64,000 nucleotides of DNA. It comes from the human T2T-CHM13v2.0 reference genome, Homo sapiens. The stretch is taken from assembly GCF_009914755.1 (NCBI RefSeq), contig NC_060925.1; one strand, given 5' to 3'. The translations under genes were made by a program, and so were the position numbers. The notes under the pieces are model-generated. The model was not told where the DNA came from. It was given only the letters and a program-made list of their open reading frames with translations, and did no database searches. The stretch's first letter is position 1, and every line of letters begins with the position of its first letter. This document shows, one piece after another, positions 55,920 to 64,000 of the stretch.

Positions 55920-56125
55920 TCATCTTACTTGAACCTCACAACAACTCTTTAAAGCATTTAGGACACTTTCCATTGGTATTTTACATTTTATTTCAGAACT
56001 TGGGCTCTGTAGCCAAACTACCAGATATCAGCTGCATGCCCTGGGCTCAGGCAAGATGAGTGAGTTTGCTGAAAGACAGTGAGTGACAGGTCTGGCTCTC
56101 AAGGCTCTGTCTTCTAATTAATGTC
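55920..56125 (-). mobile_element. MIR remnant carrying a duplicated segment of the upstream MIR
   Basis: ttgaacctcacaacaactct...attttaca[insert]ggctcaggcaagatgagtgagtttgctgaaag. Confidence 0.55.
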
Positions 56126-57606
56126 ATTTCCAGTCCATGTCAGCTCTTCCCCCTGAATACGTAGTTGAGACCAAAATACATAGAAAACAAAGAAGACATC
56201 ATGAAAATATACAGCCATGTCCTAAATTGTGTGAATCGAGCACTAGCTCAGAGTTAAGGAAGGAGAATAATTAATGTGGCCTAGAGTACTGGGAAAAGCA
56301 AAGCAAAAATAAAAATTTTAATTAAAGGTAAAACTAATCAACTTACCCACTGACCATTTTTATTCTGAAATATAACTAAACATTGATTTCCCCAAGTGTT
56401 AAACTAGATAAATATAACTTTGCTTAGTTTTGTTAAAATTTATTAAATTAACACTTTTTAAAATTAAAATTGTATTGTGTCCTTTTGTTATACTATAAAC
56501 ACATTTAGAATATAAATGAAATAACATAAGTAAGTGAGGTGTTTTATGATCTTTGAAAGAAAGGCCTATATAAACGCAACCTCTCAACGCTGGGAAGTTA
56601 TGAACACAATTAAGTTGCTCTCTCATGGAATTCTGTTCTTTCCAACTACACTGAGAATAAAGTGGGGGACATAGATTTCTACTTATTTTTCTAAAGTTCA
56701 AGAATCTCTAAGCTGTGGTTAACTTTTGGCATGAGACCACAAAAAACACACTCCAAATATTCATCATATTCATAGGTTAAGTAGGGTACACAAGATGTAA
56801 TTGATTTATTGGCCATTGGTCACTGCAGTCATCGTATAGGCCTGAATGCAAACTTGCCTTCTCAGCTGTATTGTGTTCTTAAAGGAACCTTGAGAAGCAA
56901 GATAGACTTTGGAAAGTTGGTGTCATACATCTTTCCTGTTTCCTGTCCTTAGCCTCCACAAATGATGATCTTGGAGAAACTCAACTTCATGAGAGTCTTT
57001 GTTGGAACAAATAAAATGGTAAATAGATTTTCCCCAACAGATCTGCACCTGGTGTGTAATAGACTATACCCAAAACATTTCCAAATCTTCAATATTAGTC
57101 TTTCACACTCAGTCTGGAGAATAAATTTTTCTTCTGGATTCTCTCCTTTTGGAAGGGGCATCATCTTGGGATCAAACTAACAGGCCTAGATTCTGTTGTT
57201 ACTGGATGCTTTGTGCCATTATTTTTCCAGCCCTGACAAGAAACTGCTCTTCTAGAGGGACCCATAAAACTTACCTAGTGGCTTTGGTCTGAACTTTGAA
57301 ATGTACACTGCAAAGAGTTCCAAAGGCACACATGTTATTTGGGTCCTAGTGGAATGGTCTCAATATATAAACTCTCACAATGTAATGGGAGAACATCCTT
57401 AGTGATTCACCTTAAATGTACCCCATTCTTTTTTTTTGTCACCACTTTGCCACTTTCCTGCTCCATGTCTGCATTACGTAGCAATTTAAGACCTCATTTA
57501 TATAGCTCATGGTTGTGTCAACCAGCATAATCTGGCAATTCACTTCACTAGGAACCTTACATCCTCTGCCTTGGTTTATTTAAATTTTAGACATTATATA
57601 TACATA

Positions 57607-57892
57607 TTTTTGGCAGGTTCTCACTCTGTTGCCCAGGCTGGAGTGCAGTGGCACAATCATGGCCTCAGTGCAGCCTCAACCACCTGGGCTCAGGTGATCC
57701 TCCCACCTCAGCCTCCCAGGTAGCTGGGACTACAGGAGCATGCTACCACACCCAGCTAATTTTTGTTATTTTTGTAGAGACAGGGTTTCGCAATGTTGCT
57801 CAGGCTGGTCTCAAACTCCCAGGCTCAAGTGATTTACCCGCCCTGGCATCCCAAAGTGCTGGAATTACAGGTGTAAGCCACCTCTCCTGGCC
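57607..57892 (-). mobile_element. AluJ (Jb-like)
   Basis: cagcctcaaccacctgggctcaggtgatcctcccacctcagcc; ggctcaagtgat. Confidence 0.9.
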
Positions 57893-58228
57893 CTGAAATA
57901 TCTATTTAAAATATATATTTTTTGTTTACTGCTAAGTTCAGCAGGCAGTGATATCATGTGACCTATTGTCTGGGAGCTCCTACCAGAAACTACTATGTCA
58001 AAGTGAGCTAGCAGATACAGTTAGTACTGTACTAGGTAATGACAGTAAGTCTCAGCAGTTTTAGTGGGCTATGTAGAGAACTCAAACAAGTAAAACTTTT
58101 GCATTGCAAGAAGTTGTTCCTTCTCATGTGAGCAATTGAATCTGCTTCTAGTTCTCATGTTTCTAGCACTGCTGTTACCAGTTCAATTTTGGGTTCTCTG
58201 GGCTAAGTCACACATATACCCACATAGA

Positions 58229-58238
58229 CACACACACA

Positions 58239-58273
<35 letters not shown>
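58229..58273. repeat. (CA)n microsatellite
   Basis: Direct reading. Confidence 0.95.
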
Positions 58274-58278
<5 letters not shown>

Positions 58279-59152
58279 TTTTATGAGAAATTATGCCCCC
58301 CACCCTTAAATGTTAGATTTTTTAAAAACTCTGGAACTTTATAAATAGTTTTTCAACAGTTTTCTTTGGTCTCTTGTTAAGTATTTGAATACCTGCTAAA
58401 TCTGAACATTATCTTTAAAAGTTATCTAAAAGAAAATAAGCATTCATGCAATGTTGAAATAACCCTGATATCTGCAAATATCATTACTAGTGTTATTTAA
58501 AAATAGTCAAAGACATTGCAGATTTGACCACAGGAATGTATATCCATGGAATTACACAGTGTCTAGTTAATCCATTGTTAAATTTATAGATTCCAAAAAT
58601 GGAGGTAATTAGCAATTAAGTATATTATTCTTTACTATATACCTCTTTGAAGGCACAGATGTATCTATTGGTCAAGTACTTGAAGAGGAGTTTGTAATTT
58701 AAAATTAGAAAGAGTTATTAAAAACAATTTAATACTATGCCCTTTTTCAACAGCAACAGTAATAGAAACCTAGATTGGCAAAGTTACATTCTCAAGATCA
58801 CATGACTTTTTTGGGCCAGAGACAGAGAACTCATGTTGTCTGGCTTCTGATCCACTGACGTTCCCCCGTACCCCATTATATAAAGTTGACTTCTCATACA
58901 TTTCTATGAAAAAACTTTACTAACATTGAATTGCTGAAAATGTGGGAAAGAGTATAAAGTTATAATTGTATAAATTTGGTCTGGGGCTATGATTAATTAG
59001 AGACAAGTTTTGATATAAAAAATGGGTTCTCTCAGGTCAAGAAGTTACCTATATTCGTATCACTTGGTGACCACCTACACTTCATGGCCAGAAAAGCTTA
59101 GTGCCATTTGGTCTTGGGAAGACCTGAGACTGGTGCTCAAACCAGAAGTCTC

Positions 59153-59461
59153 AGCAGGGCACAGTGGCTCACACCTGTAATCTCAACACTTTGGGAGGCT
59201 GAGGCAGGAGGATTGCATGAGACCAGGAGTTCAAGACTAGTCTTGGCAACATAGTGAGACCCCAAACCTAGCAAAAAAAAGACTGCTGGGCATGGTGGTG
59301 TGCAACTGCAGTCCCAGCTACTGGGGAGGCTGAGGCAGGAGGATCACTTGAGCCCAGTAAATGAGGTTGGAGTGAGCTGTGATTATGCCACCGTACCCCA
59401 GCCTGGGTGACAGAGTGAGACCCTGTCCTTAAAAAAAGGAAAAAGAAAAAGAAAAAAAAAA
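59153..59461 (+). mobile_element. AluJ (Jo-like)
   Basis: gaggcaggaggattgc, ggatcacttgagccc, gagtgagaccctgtc, A-rich tail. Confidence 0.9.
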
Positions 59462-61329
59462 TACCTGGATGTCTCTAGGAAAGAAAATTGTAATAATCCT
59501 TCTAGTCAAGAAGCTTTCTCCTCAAACTAACAGATCTGTAGTAAAGGAATAAGTTTAATGATATCATCAGGGAAAGTATGACCACTACAACTAAAAAGCC
59601 CTAGTATGGAAATAACCAAATAGAACAAAGTGAAGGAGCCCAGCAGGGGTCTGCAGAACACAGCTGAATAGCAAGAAAGGAAAATATTTCCTTTTAACTC
59701 TCTTGTTGGCCAGATAAAAAAAAAAATTAAAATGTAGCTTAGAATGTCCCCACCTTTGCCCAAATCAGTTACCATGCACACATCTTCTTTAATTGATTTA
59801 ATGCAAACACTGTGTTTATAAAATCTGATTTTCTCAAATCCTTTCTTCCATCTACTCATCCAACCAGTATATGTTTTCTATAAGAATCTCCTGAGTCTAT
59901 GAAATTTTCATGTTTATTCCTAGGATGCTTTATTTTAAAGGTGCTGACTTCTGAGTAAATTAACCACATAATTATACCCTGTGCCATTTTAATCAAATAG
60001 ATTAAAGAAAAGAAATAAGAAGGCTTGTCAATGAAACTTTTACCAATTGTTGGAAATGCTCTTGCAGTGGAATTAAACACTAGTATATCCAGTTTGTCCT
60101 TGTTCTTGGTTCAACATATTACTATCAAAGTCCTTTTTCAAAGTAATTTAAAAATTGGAAAATTTTTAGAAATAGGGAAAACCTGAAAAAAGACCCAAGG
60201 TTATATGAGGAAATATATCTGTAATTGTCATGTAAGTCATATTGGAAACAGATGCCAAGGAAGAGAATGACCCAGATGGTGATTAAAGAGTCATTGTCCT
60301 TCCTTAACCTTGATTATCTTCCTTTTCTGGTTATCATTTTATGTTTAATCAATACAACTTTTTCTTAGGTCTTTCCTTCATCCTACTTTCTTCCTGTTAT
60401 GAGTTGAGCAGTGTAAATTCTTCTTGCCAGATTTCAGATGATGAGGATTTGGAAGTGCTGGTCACGACATGAGTCACAGTGACACACAGATTACTCATAG
60501 ATTTCCACTCCAGGCAGACAGAATGACTATTAACAAGGACTTCTTTAGGGCTGTTCAACAACAGGGGACATGATTCAATGGAATAAGATTATTCCACATG
60601 AATTTTTGGGTGTTTTACCCAAATGTAACTTTTTTTTTTCTCATATGACCTTAGTGCATCGGCTTCCTTACTAGTTAAAACAGTCGCATATCCTTGGAGA
60701 GGAAATCACCATATAATTAAGGCTTAGGTGTGGTTGACAGGCCGTAATGTTCCTGTATATTGGAGAATGAATTAGCCAGGCTTTTGCCCAAGCTCCTTTG
60801 CCAGAGAAAGGGAACAGAAAACACGGTGACTGGAAATGACTAACTAGAAGAAAATACAACCTCAAGCTAAATATGTTTTTTGGAACATAGAAATAACTGT
60901 ATCAGGTCAAGCCTTTTGAGACTTCCTTTGTCTTTTCTAGGAGCAAGATGGTCAATAATTCCATATGTATCATCATTATCAAAGTCAAACATTTACTGAG
61001 CACTACTAAAAGGTTTAGGGCTCTATTCTACACACTTTGTTCACCTGCCTTCAAGGCTTACTTTCTAATCAGAATAATTACTGCTGCAAAGTCATTCACT
61101 GAGAAAGTGCATGAGAAACCTGCATAACACTTGATCCTGGAATTTACATGCCTTACAAAAATGCAGTAAGCAGGAAATTTTGTGTGTCAAGACCTTATTA
61201 CAGAAACTGATCCCTGAAAGAGTGGTCAGGTTTGGTGGCTGAGTGTGAATGGACCAGGTTGTTCAGAGTAGGCACTTTCACCAAGCAGAGTCTAACATAT
61301 TAATTTAATAATTCTAAGAGAAGTACCCA

Positions 61330-62060
61330 AAATATGGAAGACTAATGTCAGGTGCCGGGATAGCACAGTTAACAAGTCAGGTAAGGTGCCTACCCTCATG
61401 AAGCTATATTCTAGTGTGAGACAATCAACATAAATAATTACAGACTGTCATAAGTGTTATAAAGCAAATGGTTAAGATGCTGGATGAAGAATAGTGAGAA
61501 GACTACTTCTGGTTGTTGATCACAGAAGGTTCCTACAAAGAACTGACAGGTCAGCTGAGACTTAGGAAAGGAGAAGGGGCCATTAATGTAAAAGTTAGTA
61601 GGTATGGGTAAGGTCTGTGATGTGTTATTAGGCAAAGAAAGACAAGGTCAGAGAAAAGTATAAATGAAAAGGACAAGAAAATTATGTTTTTATCACCATT
61701 AGCAGTACAACTAGAGTGGAGTGATTGGGTGAGAAATAATAGATCAGCTGAGAAAAGGATGCTAAGCTTCAGGTATGACAAAGAGAGGCCCATGCAGTGT
61801 TTTCTAACCTTGCACTCTCTTTGGTATATCTGTCCTCCTTCCTGGCCCGTTCCTGGCTCTGATGGTCACCAAGTGTACTGGAATATTTTTTTTTTCTACT
61901 ATTACTTTACTTGTCAAGTGCTTTTGACTTCTTTCTCCAGATCAGTTAGAAAGTAAGTATCTTGAAGTGCAGACAACATACAACATTTCTCTCTACTCAG
62001 AGCATCTCATCGCTTGGCATGTAGGTGCTCAATAGATATTTGTTCAAATGAATGAATAAA
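61330..62060. mobile_element. L2 fragments (minus ~61330-61800; plus 3' end ~61940-62060)
   Basis: cctaccctcatgaagctatattctagtg; gcatgtaggtgctcaatagatatttgttcaaatgaatgaat. Confidence 0.6.
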
Positions 62061-62886
62061 GTGATAGGGAGGATGCTAAAGTCAAGATTGAATGTAACCA
62101 TTGTTAGTGGCATCCATTTTGGGATTACCCTAAAATGGTTGATATAGGCAGTGTTTGCAGCAAGGCTGACGCCACTTGACTCATGGTTAAGAGGTCAAGG
62201 ATGGCAGAGAAATGAAGTATGTAGCTATTCTTATTTCCTTTTAGTAAATTTAGAAGATAGAATAACTCTTTATAGTTATTCTAAAAAACATCTTAGGTTT
62301 CTTCTTTCTCTAGACTGTGGTTAGAGGTAAACTAATGTCTTCTAAAGATTCACATTGATTTCAGTCTGGAGTTTATCCCTGCAGAGTGCTGTGGGCATGG
62401 AGGAATATGTCAATCATTGAAGCTTTCCTCAGGCCTGGTAATTACATTACAGCCCTTATGCAAGATAAAATCCAGCCTAACTTTTTCTCAAAAAAGTAAA
62501 AAAACACACCACCAACACCATCACCACCAAAAGAATATAATTCAGTCATCATGCTAAATGAGCAATTATTGAAAGTTTTTTATTAGGCTAGGCATTGGAA
62601 GTGTAAAAACTATCCTATAACTCCACAATGCTGAATTTGAAACAGATCTTAGTCCCATAGCCCAACTTACAATTATGCCAGTTAGGACACTTGAGGGCTA
62701 ACATCACAGGCTTTCCCAGTAACTCCCCTGAATTAGAATCAAAGTCTCCTTATTTCCAATCCAAAGCCATTTCCACTATTGCTCCATAATACATATTTTA
62801 CAATAAAATATAAGGAAATGTGTACAGCTAGTTGTCACAATTTGTATCATTTAAAAATATATGTATCACTTGTATCTTAAAGCAGT

Positions 62887-63255
62887 TGTCATGGACTGAA
62901 TGTTTACATCCTCCCCAAATTCATATATTGAATCCGTAACCCCCAGTGTGACACTATTTGGAAGTAAGACCTTTGAAAGGTAATAAGGTTTAGATGAGGT
63001 CACATGAGTGAGTCCTCATGATGGAATTAGTGTCTTTATAAGAAGAGACCAGGAAGCTTGCTCTCTTTTGCTCTCTCTGCCATATGAGGATATAGTAAGA
63101 AGGCAGTTGTTTGCAGGCCAGGAAGCAGGCCCTCAACAGGAACCCATATAGGCCAGCCCCTCTTCCTGAGGCTTCCAGCCTCTGAAACATATTTCTGTTG
63201 TCTAAACTACCCAGTCTATAGTATTTTGTTTTGGCAGCCTGAGCTGACTAAGCCA
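62887..63255 (+). mobile_element. MLT1A-type MaLR solo LTR
   Basis: TGtcatggactgaatgttt..ccccaaattcatatattgaa...ttataagaagagacc...gcagcctgagctgactaagcCA. Confidence 0.85.
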
Positions 63256-64000
63256 ACAACCCATTTTACAGATACAGAAATTGAAAGCTTCAGATGTTAA
63301 AGAATGGTAATTTCCTCAAAAAAGTCAAGCTTTAAGCCACTATTTACACTTCGACTTTTCTTATTTTTTAAACAAAATTTGAATTTTTGTTCTTTAAAGA
63401 GAATTTTATTTCATCTAAAAAGTATTTAAAAATATCAAGCTTCTTATTTTGACCATTTTAGCATGTTTTCATCTTCAGATTTATTTGACATCCAAGACCA
63501 GAGTAACACCAAGAAGAACTTTGATATCCTTTTCAGCCCTCTTCATTTATTCTATATAGTGTTACAGAATTACCTTTGGTTCTATCTCTTACTGTGATGG
63601 AAAGCTAATTCTCTGTTATTGTGGCTTTCTCTGCTATAAGCACCTTGTCCTTTTAACACAAGATAAAAAATTATAAGAAAATTCAAGTCATACTTTTGTT
63701 CTCATAAGTTCAAATGCCTTGTAGCTGTCTTTCTATCTAAGCAGAGAAGCTCTGCTCCATCACTCCTGTCCTTCTAAGAGCTGAGCTTACTCATTAACTA
63801 TGTACATCTCCTTCATTCCTGTCTGCTTCCAGTCTTGGTTTTTTAGAACCTGTGCTTACCAGATTTTTCTTTAGAACATTAAAAATTATAACCAAAAAGA
63901 TAAGGAATCATTGAAAAAGGTGACATATGATGCTTGCCTCTCATGAAAACACTAGTTTCTACTGGTAATGGCAAGATTGATGTTGTCTCTTTTATGAAGT

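Overview
Human (primate) genomic DNA covering the 5' part of the paired-type homeobox gene PRRX1 on the + strand. It contains about 16.5 kb of upstream sequence, coding exon 1 (ATG 16504 to donor 16744/16745; MTSSYGHVLERQPALGG...TPQQD) and the first ~47 kb of the long intron 1. The homeodomain exons are not in the window. Positions 1-10.8 kb are mostly old repeats (an ancient L1 carrying Alu and MaLR insertions, MIR, L2). From about 11 to 25.7 kb the sequence is nearly transposon-free, with several CpG islands, the promoter/limb-enhancer region, polypyrimidine, G4 and Z-DNA tracts. The rest is AT-rich intron with scattered Alu/MIR/L2/MER/LTR fragments, microsatellites and a few non-repetitive motif-dense blocks. 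Apart from PRRX1 exon 1, no ORF in the track looks like a real protein. I found no new multi-gene system. The most interesting candidates are regulatory: (i) a possible G4/hairpin switch just before the start codon, coupled to a candidate 5'UTR intron; (ii) a compact homeodomain + TWIST/Coordinator-like + inverted TCF module ~2.45 kb upstream; (iii) an AATAAA + A45 intronic end that could give a homeodomain-less 82-aa product; (iv) a recent 36-bp templated duplication between two MIRs. Repeat subfamily calls are by eye and their boundaries are approximate.
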